Below are positions 1-10,259 of a stretch of DNA of 64,000 nucleotides, one piece after another. The first letter of the stretch is position 1; the number at the start of each line of letters is the position of its first letter. The DNA is from a virus. Lineage: Duplodnaviria; Caudoviricetes. The position numbers and the translations under genes are program-made. Where the stretch lies: the IMG/VR virus record IMGVR_UViG_3300025889_000070; one strand, 5' to 3'. Below the pieces are notes generated by a model. That model ran no database searches, was not told the DNA's origin, and saw only the letters and a program-made list of their open reading frames with translations.

Positions 1-1252
1 ACTGAATTAATCTGTCTAATTGTCCTGTTTCAAATTCGTGGAAAACATCTGGACTATCTATGTGTCCTTGATCACTAGTCCACCTTTGCCTTAGCTCAAG
101 TAGTCTGTTTACGTGTCTTTGTTTTATACTGTTGTCTAATACCAATGGTGACTGAAAACTAGGAAATCTTAAAATATTAAAACTCATTATTGCAAATCTT
201 CTATTTCCATATTCAATTCGTTTAGTCATTATACGATTTACTAGTTCTGGCAAAGTTTCCAAGCAAAGGGCATTTATAGTACACATACAATGTGTATCTA
301 TCCCTGATTCATGCAACCTTTGTATATTTTTCCACCAACGATCAAAAACCATTCCATCTCGTATGTATTCTGCAGCCTCGTCGGTTGCTTCTGCACTTGT
401 GTATACTCCAAGACTTGGTAAGTGTGCCTTAACATCTATTAGTCTTTGTATTAATTCTGGTTTAGCAACAAGGTTACTGTTTATTGCTAGACTTGTTTGA
501 CTTTTATCTCCGTTTTTTTCAAACCATTCTACAAGTTTCCAAAGGTCAGAACTCATTAATGGTTCTCCACCTGTGACTCGTAACTGTCTAAGTGTTTTAT
601 GTAGATCGCTTTCCCACCATTTAAAAAATGCTTCCACATATGGATTGAATTCACCATATCCATATAACTGGTTGCTATCATGTGTGTGAGTAAAGTGTCC
701 TCGTCCATCGCTGACTAAATTTTCATAAGGTCCATTTTTATTTAGATCTTTGACCCAAGTGCTTGAAAAAGCAGGATTACAGTAACTACATGCAAAATTA
801 CATGTTCTATCAAAAGCAATCTCTAAACTTCTAAGATCAAAATCTGTATTATGGTCTGTTGTATATGCATCGCTAAGTTCTTCATCTGTGTAAATCCAAC
901 TTTTGTAGACTCTATCACTTAAATGATCACCTCCCATATCCTCAATTTTCCAGCAATAGTTACAACCCTCAGGCCTTTCGCCACACTGCATTTGTCTACG
1001 TTGTTCTTTTTTTTCTGGTGTATTATGTAGTAGTTTAGGATTTGATTGTACTGCAATAGGATCTATTTTATGAGGCAGTGGATGATGACAACTAGTTGTC
1101 ATACCACTTCCAAGCCACACAGTAGCATTATACCATTTTGCACCGCAGAAACTTGCACTCTTACTATCCAAATGTTGTTGTTTGAAATCGTGCGGCGGTA
1201 GTGTATCTTGTAGTATACGTTCTAGATTATTAACTGGGTTGCCTTCAGTCAT
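1..1252 (-). CDS. Radical SAM protein with N-terminal twitch-like Cys domain (partial, runs off the left edge; not in the ORF track)
   Basis: Hand translation from ATG at 1252 (ATGA overlap with the stop of 1249..1542): MTEGNPVNNLERILQ...SFCGAKWYNATVWLGSGMTTSCHHP...CNYCW...DRTCKFACSYCNP (CxxxCxxC)...LRVTGGEPLM. Clear paralogue of 4356..5717. Confidence 0.88.
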   Translation of the reverse strand, partial: MTEGNPVNNLERILQDTLPPHDFKQQHLDSKSASFCGAKWYNATVWLGSGMTTSCHHPLPHKIDPIAVQSNPKLLHNTPEKKEQRRQMQCGERPEGCNYCWKIEDMGGDHLSDRVYKSWIYTDEELSDAYTTDHNTDFDLRSLEIAFDRTCNFACSYCNPAFSSTWVKDLNKNGPYENLVSDGRGHFTHTHDSNQLYGYGEFNPYVEAFFKWWESDLHKTLRQLRVTGGEPLMSSDLWKLVEWFEKNGDKSQTSLAINSNLVAKPELIQRLIDVKAHLPSLGVYTSAEATDEAAEYIRDGMVFDRWWKNIQRLHESGIDTHCMCTINALCLETLPELVNRIMTKRIEYGNRRFAIMSFNILRFPSFQSPLVLDNSIKQRHVNRLLELRQRWTSDQGHIDSPDVFHEFETGQLDRLIQ

Positions 1253-1542
1253 GTAAGTTTCTTCTTTAATATTTGTTTGATATCATCTTCAGTAAATTTT
1301 AATTCCCACGTACCATTGAAACTAACGTAATTTACATTTTTTAATTCTTTATAATCCTCATTATCAGTGGTCATGTTACTAAATTGAAACAATTCGTTTA
1401 ACAAGAGATCTTTGTAGTATATACTTTTTATAATAACATAGTCTTTTGCATTTGTTACATAGTTTTTTCCATAAAAATGAATTTTTGTTCCGTTGACATC
1501 ATATTGTATTGACCCGTTGTCTTCAAAAACATAATCTATCAT
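1249..1542 (-). CDS. Hypothetical protein (97 aa)
   Basis: ORF with 4-nt ATGA overlaps on both sides within the operon; no motif recognised. Confidence 0.65.
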   Translation of the reverse strand: MIDYVFEDNGSIQYDVNGTKIHFYGKNYVTNAKDYVIIKSIYYKDLLLNELFQFSNMTTDNEDYKELKNVNYVSFNGTWELKFTEDDIKQILKKKLT

Positions 1543-2195
1543 TTGTATCTCGTTGTAATTAAAACACTTGCTCTGGAATTTTTATTAGAGAAGTTTGCAC
1601 TAACATGAAAGTTTTCTCTAGGCCATATCATTGCATCTCCTAATTTCCATTTGTGTATGCAATCTACTGTAAAGCCACCTAATGCATCATAGTTTAGATG
1701 ATTAAGATATTTGTTATAAATTTCTTTGTCAAAAGGAGTGTTGGCTAATCCATAATCGCTACGAGTGATTTGTTTGTACGTAGTAATACCTTTACTGCCA
1801 AGACCGAGTTCGTTATTAAACGTTACTGCCTTTGCACTTTTTTGTTCAAATATTATTGTATAATACGCATCTGTATCATGAACACTTATAGGAATTAAAT
1901 AACTATTTGCAATATTTTTATCTTCATTGATGTATCCATCACTATGAACACCACCAGCACTATAGTCAAAATTTATATTTACAGTAGTAATTTCTTCATC
2001 CTGCGGTAATTTTTCTTGCAACTGTTTTAGTTTCCTACTAAAAAAAGGTTGATCCCAATGAGCCATTGTTAGAAAACGTTGCCCATTATCTCGTGTTTCC
2101 GGAAGTACACTGTGATACCATATAAACCAGTCGCATTCTTTTTTGCTAAAAAAATTATATATCTGTTTCATTTGCAAAATACTCTTTAATTTCAT
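1539..2195 (-). CDS. Putative 2OG-Fe(II) dioxygenase
   Basis: HxD motif (GGVHSDGY), distal His (PRENFHVS) and a following Arg (SRASVLI) in the usual double-stranded beta-helix order; GDAMIWP strand. Confidence 0.65.
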   Translation of the reverse strand: MKLKSILQMKQIYNFFSKKECDWFIWYHSVLPETRDNGQRFLTMAHWDQPFFSRKLKQLQEKLPQDEEITTVNINFDYSAGGVHSDGYINEDKNIANSYLIPISVHDTDAYYTIIFEQKSAKAVTFNNELGLGSKGITTYKQITRSDYGLANTPFDKEIYNKYLNHLNYDALGGFTVDCIHKWKLGDAMIWPRENFHVSANFSNKNSRASVLITTRYK

Positions 2196-2364
2196 TCAAT
2201 ACTTTTTTTGTTGTGTGTTGTCCTTCTTGCATTTCTTTAACAACACCAAGTCGTCTTTGTATATCTAATAATACTGGATTTTGAAACTTCCAAACTATAT
2301 GTCCGTTGTGCCCGAGATATAGATTACCATCTTCCTGCGCAGAAACTTTCACTCTTTGTATCAA
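2155..2364 (-). pseudogene. 3' fragment of a paralogue of the 165-aa protein at 2413..2910
   Basis: NLYLGHNGHIVW...KKVLNEIKEYF matches NLYLGHNGKLVY...KEFLQEMKKYF at the C-terminus of 2413..2910; the only start is a TTG that lies inside the radical SAM remnant. Confidence 0.55.
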
Positions 2365-2407
2365 GCATGTCTTTTTTAAATTTAGTATAATCCATAATAT
2401 GGTCCAT
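2324..2407 (-). pseudogene. 5' remnant of a twitch-domain radical SAM gene (27 codons)
   Basis: ATG 5 nt after the stop of 2413..2910 reads MDHIMDYTKFKKDMLDTKSESFCAGRW*, matching FKQQHLDSKSASFCGAKW of the gene at 1..1252. Confidence 0.65.
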
Positions 2408-2412
2408 AATTT

Positions 2413-2910
2413 TTAATCATTAAAAAAATACTTCTTCATCTCTTGCAGAAATTCTTTATTACTACGCATGCCCTGTGGCTGATGAATATTACTAAAACGT
2501 TCATGGAACCATGGTATACTAGGAGTAATAAATTCATTATATACTAACTTACCATTATGTCCTAGATATAAATTGTTTTTCCACTCCAGGGGATGGTTAT
2601 CTACGTGCCAATTATCCCAAGGAGGTATATCTGGATATTGTATAAAATTATATAGTTCCTGCTTAATGTCTACCTTGTTTATATAAAGTTTTTGCAATTC
2701 AAAATGTGTATCTGTATCTGTACTATAGTTTTTTCCGTAATGAACTATTTCTATAACATGTTTACCGTCTTTTAATTCACAATCAATGGATATACTGCCA
2801 TCTCGTGTACATCTATGGTTAGCATAGATTTTACCATCAACAAGTAATTTTATTAAAGGCAATCCTGCTTTAGTAAAGTCGAACTTAAAATTAGTACGTT
2901 CCATTGGCAA
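2413..2910 (-). CDS. Hypothetical protein (165 aa), probable beta-rich fold
   Basis: ORF overlapping the end of the B12 radical SAM gene; has a partial paralogue immediately downstream. Confidence 0.7.
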   Translation of the reverse strand: MPMERTNFKFDFTKAGLPLIKLLVDGKIYANHRCTRDGSISIDCELKDGKHVIEIVHYGKNYSTDTDTHFELQKLYINKVDIKQELYNFIQYPDIPPWDNWHVDNHPLEWKNNLYLGHNGKLVYNEFITPSIPWFHERFSNIHQPQGMRSNKEFLQEMKKYFFND

Positions 2911-4378
2911 TTTTTTCGTAACTTATCTTTAACCTTTTTAAATGACTGTCGGCGTTCCAAACATGGTATCCTAAATCTACTACATGCTCTTGTAACTCTA
3001 TACGTCTACGGATACGTTCTCTTAGCGTTAAGTCTGGATTGTCTGGCATTAGCCAGTTAAGACCAACCCGATCTCCTGTATCACCTAGGTGCATTAATCC
3101 TAGATCTGTCATTTCATTAAACAAAGGAGTTCCTTCATCTACACTTAATGTAGCACCTAAATTTAGTCCTCTAATTGTTCCATTTAGGGCATATTTTTTA
3201 AAATTAGTAAACATGTCCAGTGTTTGTTGATGATCTTCTTGTCGTTCAGTAGGATATCCACAAATCATACTAAAGAAACAGTTTAAGTTGTTCTTGTCAA
3301 GTTGGTCAATTACCGCGGCAAGTTCTGCTGTAGTAAACTGTTTACGCATGTGTTCTCTGACACGGTCACTGCCAGTCTCTGCTCCTATCATAACATGTGT
3401 GCATCCGGCACGTGCCATTAGTTGATAATCTTTTGGCGTTTGCTGGTTTAACCTTCTAACAATGAATTGGCCGTTAAATCGAAAGTGAGCGTCTGGTAAA
3501 TTATTTTTTTCATAATATTCAATAAGCGAAAACAGTAATTGTCTGAATGCTTTCATACTCCCATTAATTAAACTGTCAGTAAAAGTAAACTGTGTTACTC
3601 CATACTTTTCATAGTTCGTAATCATTTCTTCTGCTAGTACATGCCCACTACGAAACGTAAACTTTTTCCAATGTTCATGTATATCACAAAAACTGCATGC
3701 TCTTACACAGCCGCGGCTCCCGTTAACAGGAAGCATCTTTAATCCGTCATCATATTGATAGTTTAGTTCTATTAAATCGTCATACTCAGGAAAAGGTATA
3801 GTGTCTAAACTTAATTGCTTATAACTGTCATTATTAATACCAGGATACTGATCGTTTCCTGTTAAAAGTTCTACGAGTGCTATCTCGCCATCACCTCTAA
3901 TAAAATAATCAATCTGGTTTAAGTTTAGCATCTCTGCACCAAAGTCGTTGTATGCACTTGCAATACCATTGGTGCTAATACCAGCACCGCCTATAACTAT
4001 TTTTCCAGTGTATTTCTGTTTTAGTTTTTTAGTAAACAGCCTAGTGGCAAGTTGACACATCATTGTAAACACACTAATGCCAACAACCCTGGGATTTATT
4101 TCTATAACATCATCCACCCAGGAATCAAGTATTTGATCTACTCTAGCATCAATCTCAGGATCTCCATGAGTAGCTTCACTAAAATAATCAAAGAATTTTG
4201 AGTAGTCACTGCCAGTTTTGTTAAACAAATCTAAATTTAAATCTAGAATTGTACAAGTAAAACCAGCATCAACTACACTTCCTTTGAGCTGACTAGTGCC
4301 TGCCGGAGGATACTGTAACCCACTTATGGGTATATTAATTAGTAAAATGTCTAAATTATCGGTTAGCATTGTATTCAC
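2891..4378 (-). CDS. Cobalamin (B12)-binding-domain radical SAM protein (class B-like)
   Basis: N-terminal B12-binding-like region (VVGISVFT, KIVIGGAG, IRGDGE) followed by GSRGCVRACSFC (CxxxCxxC), FTDS, GAETGS and FSMICGYPTE. Confidence 0.88.
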   Translation of the reverse strand: MNTMLTDNLDILLINIPISGLQYPPAGTSQLKGSVVDAGFTCTILDLNLDLFNKTGSDYSKFFDYFSEATHGDPEIDARVDQILDSWVDDVIEINPRVVGISVFTMMCQLATRLFTKKLKQKYTGKIVIGGAGISTNGIASAYNDFGAEMLNLNQIDYFIRGDGEIALVELLTGNDQYPGINNDSYKQLSLDTIPFPEYDDLIELNYQYDDGLKMLPVNGSRGCVRACSFCDIHEHWKKFTFRSGHVLAEEMITNYEKYGVTQFTFTDSLINGSMKAFRQLLFSLIEYYEKNNLPDAHFRFNGQFIVRRLNQQTPKDYQLMARAGCTHVMIGAETGSDRVREHMRKQFTTAELAAVIDQLDKNNLNCFFSMICGYPTERQEDHQQTLDMFTNFKKYALNGTIRGLNLGATLSVDEGTPLFNEMTDLGLMHLGDTGDRVGLNWLMPDNPDLTLRERIRRRIELQEHVVDLGYHVWNADSHLKRLKISYEKIANGTY

Positions 4379-5717
4379 ATGTACTCCAAAACTCAGTCAT
4401 CTCCGGAAACGTTTCTAAAAAGTTAGTATTTCTTCGGCGATCATGTTCTCTAAAGAAACGATAAAAGTCTGCACGTTTACGCTCTATATCGTCAGTGCCG
4501 GCTTTCATCCAAGCTAAATCTCTTTTCATTTTTAAAACTTCATAGTCCTTGAATCCATGACTATTATGAAGATTTTCTTCCATAAACTCAATACAGTCTG
4601 TTAAACATACCTCATATGCTGGCGGTAATATCTGCATGCTTTGCCAATCAGGCGTGTATAATAACGGAGTATCAAACCATACACGCTGATAAGTTTTTGT
4701 ATATGTTTTGCGTAGGTAAAGTATATGTTCAAGTAATCGCTTTAACCCAATAATGTTTAAATTGCTCATTGTTATTATAAAAGTAAGACTTGAACGTTCT
4801 GGAACTTCATTTATAAAACGTTCAACTCTATTTATAGCAACATCAAAGTCCAGACCATGACGTATATATTCTGCTTGTGCTCCCCAGGTATCTAGACTAA
4901 CAAACTGCATAAAATGTTCTACTGTGCCTGGAAGTTTAGTAATGCGTTTTACATAGTCCAAATATTTTTCAAATAATTGCTGTTCAACACTAAAATTACT
5001 AGTAACATTCAGGTGTAGGTCTGGCTTGGGATTTTCTAACACATAATCAAATACACGAAAGGTATTGGGATCCATTAATGGCTCACCACCTGTCATACGA
5101 AAGTGTTTTAGGTCTTTATATAAATCAGGCCACCAACGCCAAAATGCTTTGCGATATGGATTAGCTTCTCTTTTAGGTATTGGTTTACGATCACCTGTAA
5201 AGTATTCAGGATCATTATGTGGCTTCTGTGTAGGATATGCTCCGTGGTCACGGGATTCACGTTCCCAGGTTGAACTAAACTGTGGACTACAATAACTACA
5301 TTTCAAGTTACAACTATGACTAAAATTTACTTCAACATAACTTGGGTTAACGTCTGCTTCAGGGTTGGCCACAATGTCGTCAAATGCTTCCATAGCCCAG
5401 GGTTCACCACTGCGATAATGACGATCACTGAGGTCACCGTTTTTCTCAATGTTCCAGCAGTAGTTACATTCAGTGCACTTAACACCCGCCATCATTTCAG
5501 CACGGCGCTCTTTCTTATGTGCAGTATTATGTAGGGCACTTGGATTTTCTGCAAGCGGCTCAGTAGGAATACGATGCAGTGGAGGATGATAGCAACTATT
5601 GGTATGCCCTGTTGTTAGATGTAGGCTTACCTGCTTCCATTTAGCCAAACAGAAACTGCCACTAACACCTGCTAGTTTTGCTTTTGCAATTTGTGCATCA
5701 CTAAGGTATTCACTCAT
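4356..5717 (-). CDS. Radical SAM protein with N-terminal twitch-like Cys domain
   Basis: FCLAKW...SCYHP...CNYCW N-terminal domain; CNLKCSYC; MTGGEPL. Confidence 0.88.
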   Translation of the reverse strand: MSEYLSDAQIAKAKLAGVSGSFCLAKWKQVSLHLTTGHTNSCYHPPLHRIPTEPLAENPSALHNTAHKKERRAEMMAGVKCTECNYCWNIEKNGDLSDRHYRSGEPWAMEAFDDIVANPEADVNPSYVEVNFSHSCNLKCSYCSPQFSSTWERESRDHGAYPTQKPHNDPEYFTGDRKPIPKREANPYRKAFWRWWPDLYKDLKHFRMTGGEPLMDPNTFRVFDYVLENPKPDLHLNVTSNFSVEQQLFEKYLDYVKRITKLPGTVEHFMQFVSLDTWGAQAEYIRHGLDFDVAINRVERFINEVPERSSLTFIITMSNLNIIGLKRLLEHILYLRKTYTKTYQRVWFDTPLLYTPDWQSMQILPPAYEVCLTDCIEFMEENLHNSHGFKDYEVLKMKRDLAWMKAGTDDIERKRADFYRFFREHDRRRNTNFLETFPEMTEFWSTCEYNANR

Positions 5718-6291
5718 TTTCTAACAAATTCAATCTAAAACTTTCCGCAATAATATCTTCGTCTTTTCCGGCTACAATGTCTGTAACAGGTGCAAAAGGT
5801 CCCCACTCTTTAAAAATTAAGAGTGCCTGTTCAAAATTCTTATTTGTATGACTATATAATTCATCTCTAATAATTTTAGAAAACTTACAAGTATCATTAT
5901 CGATATCTATTAGAACGTCACACTGCTTGTCGGGTATATTATCTTCATAATACCTAACATTACCAACTATAGTATCAAACGCAGATTCAACTGTGTTTCC
6001 TGTCTCATTTTTCCAAAAGACATCATAAAATCTGTGCAAGGATTGATAAAAGTCCTGGGTCCATAATTTGTGGATTTCAAATTTTGGAAAATGCTTTCTT
6101 AAAGTAGTAATAGTTAAGTTATGACATGTATATATTTTTCCAAATTCTACATTAGTATTTTCATCTAGATGTTTACTAAGGCCATAATTATGAGTTTCAT
6201 AATTTTGTTTATGCCCAGTATAATCTAAATCTTGTAGCATTAGCCTATATCTATTAGTACCCACTCCTGGGTATCCACAAATTATAATCAC
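5710..6291 (-). CDS. Hypothetical protein with P-loop/sulfotransferase-like N-terminus
   Basis: MIIICGYPGVGTNRY resembles the hydrophobic-strand-GxPxxGT start of sulfotransferase/kinase folds; the function call is weak. Confidence 0.45.
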   Translation of the reverse strand: MIIICGYPGVGTNRYRLMLQDLDYTGHKQNYETHNYGLSKHLDENTNVEFGKIYTCHNLTITTLRKHFPKFEIHKLWTQDFYQSLHRFYDVFWKNETGNTVESAFDTIVGNVRYYEDNIPDKQCDVLIDIDNDTCKFSKIIRDELYSHTNKNFEQALLIFKEWGPFAPVTDIVAGKDEDIIAESFRLNLLENE

Positions 6292-7205
6292 CAGCCTTCT
6301 GCCTTTCTTATTACTTCTAATTCTGTAGTCATAGGATCGTATGCATGATAGGTCTGACTGTAATAGTGTTTGAAAAACTTACTTTCGTCTACCGAGTAAT
6401 CAACAATGGGTAATTCAAGTATGCGTCTTAATTTTGCTCCATATTCATAGAAGTTTGAGTCCAACCATTCCTGTTCCTGGTCCCACAAACGATCCAGTGC
6501 CCTAAAGTCTCTAACTTCATGCCAGTCCCAGTCTGTGAGCATAAGCATATAAGTGCCTTGACGAGCACCATACATTGCCTCAAAGCCATGTTCAGCATCT
6601 AAGCCAACACTTTGCCAGATACACAGTTTGTCAAAGTTCTTAGCATGCACCTGTTGCTTGAATTCTTCCAGTGTAGGCTTGCGTCCTTTATTAAGACACA
6701 TCTTAACCCCTTCTCTGAAACCAGCACGCCAGGCATGTTTAGCATCCCCGTTGGGGTAGGTAGTGCTGTACACATTATTCATTGCTAGGTATTTTTGATC
6801 AAAACAAAACTCAACCACAGTTTCGTCGGTACCATCAGTTTCTTCGTGCGTTTTCATGTCGTTAATAAATTCACGTGTCCAACAACTTAAACCACCATTA
6901 CCATACATAAGTCCGTTTACTGCATTGCGTGCTTTCCAACGAAATACACAATCCTCATACTCTGGTTTAATATCTAACTGTAGATCAAAAAAGTTACTGT
7001 CTGGAATATTATCGCCGTCAATTAGAATAAAACGTTCAGTGTCGCTGGCCGCGGCGGCGGCTTTGTGTGCTGCATCACTACCTTCAACACCATCCACACG
7101 TTTAGCCCAAGGAACCATATTTTGAATATTTACCCAAAACTCTTCCTTTTGTGGTTCATCATAGGTCAAAAAAATCGTGTCTAAATCCGCTATGTCAACC
7201 AGCAT
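6288..7205 (-). CDS. Glycosyltransferase-like protein (DxD motif)
   Basis: FILIDGDN and YGNGGL resemble GT-A folds. Start moved from the track's 7259 to ATG 7205 (MLVDIADL) to avoid a 65-nt overlap with the upstream gene. Confidence 0.55.
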   Translation of the reverse strand: MLVDIADLDTIFLTYDEPQKEEFWVNIQNMVPWAKRVDGVEGSDAAHKAAAAASDTERFILIDGDNIPDSNFFDLQLDIKPEYEDCVFRWKARNAVNGLMYGNGGLSCWTREFINDMKTHEETDGTDETVVEFCFDQKYLAMNNVYSTTYPNGDAKHAWRAGFREGVKMCLNKGRKPTLEEFKQQVHAKNFDKLCIWQSVGLDAEHGFEAMYGARQGTYMLMLTDWDWHEVRDFRALDRLWDQEQEWLDSNFYEYGAKLRRILELPIVDYSVDESKFFKHYYSQTYHAYDPMTTELEVIRKAEGW

Positions 7206-8010
7206 CTTCCATTTCCCTGAGTAGTTTGCGTCGTTCTGCTCTAAGTTCTGCTTTGTCAAAATCTGACAAATGTAAGTCGTTGTTTAAATTTACAACTTCG
7301 CAGTTATAACTAAAACTCCAGCGTTCACCTTTGCTGCGGAAAGGACCAACACTGTGATTAAGCCAGGCTGGAAAACAATATAAGTCACCAACCCTGGGTT
7401 TAACCTTAAATTGTGCTAAACTCATGCCTGTACTTCTGCCATCCCAGAAGTTTATAAGCCCAGCACTGGGATCATGATCCTCTAATAACCATTCACGTTC
7501 AATATCGTCTGGCAATTTAAAGTATCCAACACCGCTAACAGTGCCAGTATGGGTGTGGGGAGGATTGAAGTCACCCGCTACACTAATATTTCCCCAAACT
7601 TGCTGAATGTTAACAGTAATATTCATGTTTTGTAATTGTCTGTCTACGAGTTCTACATGCTTGGGAGTTAATATGCCTTTCTTAAAACGCCACTCTACTA
7701 GTATACTACTAGCATAAAGTTGACTTGCGATATCTGCTAAACAGTTTGTTAGTAGCGGTGTTTTGTCTCCTAGTGTAGTTTCTTGAATTTTAAACTCACG
7801 ACGCATGTTACCAGCAAGAGCATAACTGTTATCGTCTTCCTCACTTATGTCCGATGAATCGCTGTATTTCTGGAATACTTGTTGCATTTCAGTCACTAGA
7901 TCATCCTCCATTGTAGTTTTAACAATGTTACAACTAAACGGCCTAATCACTTCATATTTTTCGTCTACAGTTACCCCAAGTCTATCTTGAACTTCATTCA
8001 ACATCATCAA
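7195..8010 (-). CDS. 2OG-Fe(II) oxygenase (phage 2OG-FeII_Oxy_5 / TIGR02466-like)
   Basis: VWGNISVAGDFNPPHTH...VSGVGYF...GDLYCFPAWLNHSV...RWSFSYN pattern typical of this family. Confidence 0.8.
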   Translation of the reverse strand: MMMLNEVQDRLGVTVDEKYEVIRPFSCNIVKTTMEDDLVTEMQQVFQKYSDSSDISEEDDNSYALAGNMRREFKIQETTLGDKTPLLTNCLADIASQLYASSILVEWRFKKGILTPKHVELVDRQLQNMNITVNIQQVWGNISVAGDFNPPHTHTGTVSGVGYFKLPDDIEREWLLEDHDPSAGLINFWDGRSTGMSLAQFKVKPRVGDLYCFPAWLNHSVGPFRSKGERWSFSYNCEVVNLNNDLHLSDFDKAELRAERRKLLREMEDAG

Positions 8011-8347
8011 GTTCCTTTATACAAAAAAACGGATTATTCTCCAGTGTTTGTGCTGGTGTCTTTTTCCAGTATATATTTTGTGCAGTTTCAATTTTAGCCA
8101 GTTTTCCATCTATAATTCTATGATTAACACTACTAGCATGAAAACTTTTATCAATAATTATATAAGGTTCTGTCCATATAGTATCCACAGTAACAGTGTC
8201 AGCGCGGCTTGTATCAAACTCCCCAGTGTCTTCATTATACGGCAATCTACGCTCTAGAGCAATTTTTGTTTTATTAAATGCTGCTAATGCCCTAGTTAGT
8301 TCACCAAATTCATCGTTATAGTCCCAGTCTTCGCTCATATCTTTCAA
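7994..8347 (-). CDS. Hypothetical protein (117 aa)
   Basis: ORF overlapping both neighbours in the operon; no motif recognised. Confidence 0.6.
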   Translation of the reverse strand: MKDMSEDWDYNDEFGELTRALAAFNKTKIALERRLPYNEDTGEFDTSRADTVTVDTIWTEPYIIIDKSFHASSVNHRIIDGKLAKIETAQNIYWKKTPAQTLENNPFFCIKELDDVE

Positions 8348-9167
8348 TTAAATCCTCTGTACAAAAATCTTTTTGGTAATAGTGAAATGGATAATGCTGG
8401 GCAAATCCACCTAATATTAGATCCATGTCCTTGGTAAGTGTCCAGGGCACAGCATTTCTCCAATCCATGTTAGGATGCCAACCATTAACTGCCCCCTTCA
8501 TGTGCGTAAAGGTTGGATAACCTATTTTGGTGGTAAATCCAATATTACTGTTACAGAACTTGCTGATGGTGCTGGCAATACTAAAGATAACATCAGTATC
8601 AGGTACACTGTAAACATTACCGGCAAGAACACTATTTCCAAGGTTATTATAGTTTTCAACAATCCTCTTTGACAGTTTAAAAAACTCCACACTAGGCCTG
8701 GATAAACGAAAATACATAAAACCATTATAAATATTGCCCAAGCAATTAACATCAAAAAACCTCCTGTATGCTCTAGTATAACTGGGTCTGCCCTGATAAT
8801 CTCTTACTGTATTAGTAAACACAACATTCTGATTTCTGCATCCGTGCCACCAGTGATCTAGGTTGCGAGGAATTAGCATGTCACTTTCAATTTTGAAAGT
8901 TTCTTTGAATGGCGTAAGATCCAGTGCTTGACATTCTAGAGCATAGGGATTACTAGACTTTGGCACCACCCTTATATAATCAAATACACCACGCTGCCTG
9001 TCTGTTAAAGTTTCTGCTGATTCTTCATCAACTACTACAGCAAACTTATTTATAGAGCAGGTTAACTTAATACTAAGAGCGAGCAAGTATGCTTGATTAA
9101 CATAGTTAACAGTGTCTGAGTTTTGTGCAAAAGTTAGCCAACCCTGCGCTTCATCTTTGGCTAGCAT
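8316..9167 (-). CDS. Nucleotide-diphospho-sugar transferase-like protein (GT8-like)
   Basis: LTPFKETFKIESDML corresponds to LSPYDETLLIDVDYL of the neighbour; YNGFMYF and FTHMK motifs; paralogue of 9151..9936. Confidence 0.65.
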   Translation of the reverse strand: MLAKDEAQGWLTFAQNSDTVNYVNQAYLLALSIKLTCSINKFAVVVDEESAETLTDRQRGVFDYIRVVPKSSNPYALECQALDLTPFKETFKIESDMLIPRNLDHWWHGCRNQNVVFTNTVRDYQGRPSYTRAYRRFFDVNCLGNIYNGFMYFRLSRPSVEFFKLSKRIVENYNNLGNSVLAGNVYSVPDTDVIFSIASTISKFCNSNIGFTTKIGYPTFTHMKGAVNGWHPNMDWRNAVPWTLTKDMDLILGGFAQHYPFHYYQKDFCTEDLIERYERRLGL

Positions 9168-9936
9168 ATTGATCTAGTGCTCCATATATTTCTGGATTCT
9201 GTAAACATTTTTTATTCATACAGTGTAGGTTTACACCCTGTATTTTTACAGCATTGTACTTGTCACCGTATCTATAACGTATCAGCAACTTGTCGCCTTC
9301 TACTTTATATATGCTATCTTCGGTGCTTAAACTTGCTAGCGGATGATTAAAGTATGTGCCACTGCTATAACCATTCATAAGTTGATGTGCTACAGTTAAA
9401 CTAAAATCATTGCGATATTTTCCCGCCTTAAAACCGTATAGTTTAGCATAGTAACGCCAATTTGCTTGTATGTTTTTCATGGTTTCAAATATGCGATGTG
9501 CTAGTTCACATTTACGAAAATAGACTACTGTAGCCCAGAGCATGGGCAATCCAGATCTGGTCATTACGTAGTCATTTTTAAAACTATTAGTTTGTGTTAC
9601 GTCCCACACACTATTATAACAGAGAAATTCGTGGTTGCTGGAAAAGTATTGTTTTAAATTATCATTAAATGTAAGATAGTCTACATCTATTAAAAGTGTT
9701 TCGTCGTAGGGAGATAGATCAAAAGCCAGTGTTCTATCACTGTTATACCAGGGCACCGTAACTATCTCGTTGTTATGCCAACGGAATGCTCTAGTATTGC
9801 CTGGCCGTGCTTCACCTACATGTATATGCGTTTCAATGTCTAAATGTTTTTCTACAAGTTTGGCAGCTAGTTTAGCAAACCCTATGTAGTCTATTGTTTC
9901 ATGTGGTGTAGCAAGTAGTAGTGCACCCTTGCTCAT
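9151..9936 (-). CDS. Nucleotide-diphospho-sugar transferase-like protein (GT8-like)
   Basis: LSPYDETLLIDVDYL (DxD), WATVVYF, RNDFS and LHCMNK motifs of GT-A fold enzymes. Confidence 0.7.
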   Translation of the reverse strand: MSKGALLLATPHETIDYIGFAKLAAKLVEKHLDIETHIHVGEARPGNTRAFRWHNNEIVTVPWYNSDRTLAFDLSPYDETLLIDVDYLTFNDNLKQYFSSNHEFLCYNSVWDVTQTNSFKNDYVMTRSGLPMLWATVVYFRKCELAHRIFETMKNIQANWRYYAKLYGFKAGKYRNDFSLTVAHQLMNGYSSGTYFNHPLASLSTEDSIYKVEGDKLLIRYRYGDKYNAVKIQGVNLHCMNKKCLQNPEIYGALDQYASQR

Positions 9937-10259
9937 AATTGTTCTACACGTCTAACCTTTTTTAATTCTTCGTGCTGATTGTGCCAATCATTCATTACTT
10001 CGTACCAGCGTTGTCTACAGTGTACTAACATGTCACAAGCATCGGCAATCTTTACTGGATTATCATAGTCGTCTACAAGATATAGCAGTTCATCTGCTGG
10101 CCATGTTGCTAGTAGTGCCATTAGTTCTACAGTGATACGAAACTGACCACCATTATATGTGATAGTTAAGCGTTGTTCCTGTTGTTCTTTAAGTGTGAGT
10201 CGCTGACGATTATGATCTAATCGTTGGCGGGCAAATTCTTCAAATGTTTCCTGAGTCAT
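9933..10259 (-). CDS. Hypothetical helical protein, first gene of the modification operon (probably leaderless)
   Basis: The track start at 10265 abuts the -10 box; the second ATG at 10259 sits at the expected transcription start. Confidence 0.65.
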   Translation of the reverse strand: MTQETFEEFARQRLDHNRQRLTLKEQQEQRLTITYNGGQFRITVELMALLATWPADELLYLVDDYDNPVKIADACDMLVHCRQRWYEVMNDWHNQHEELKKVRRVEQL

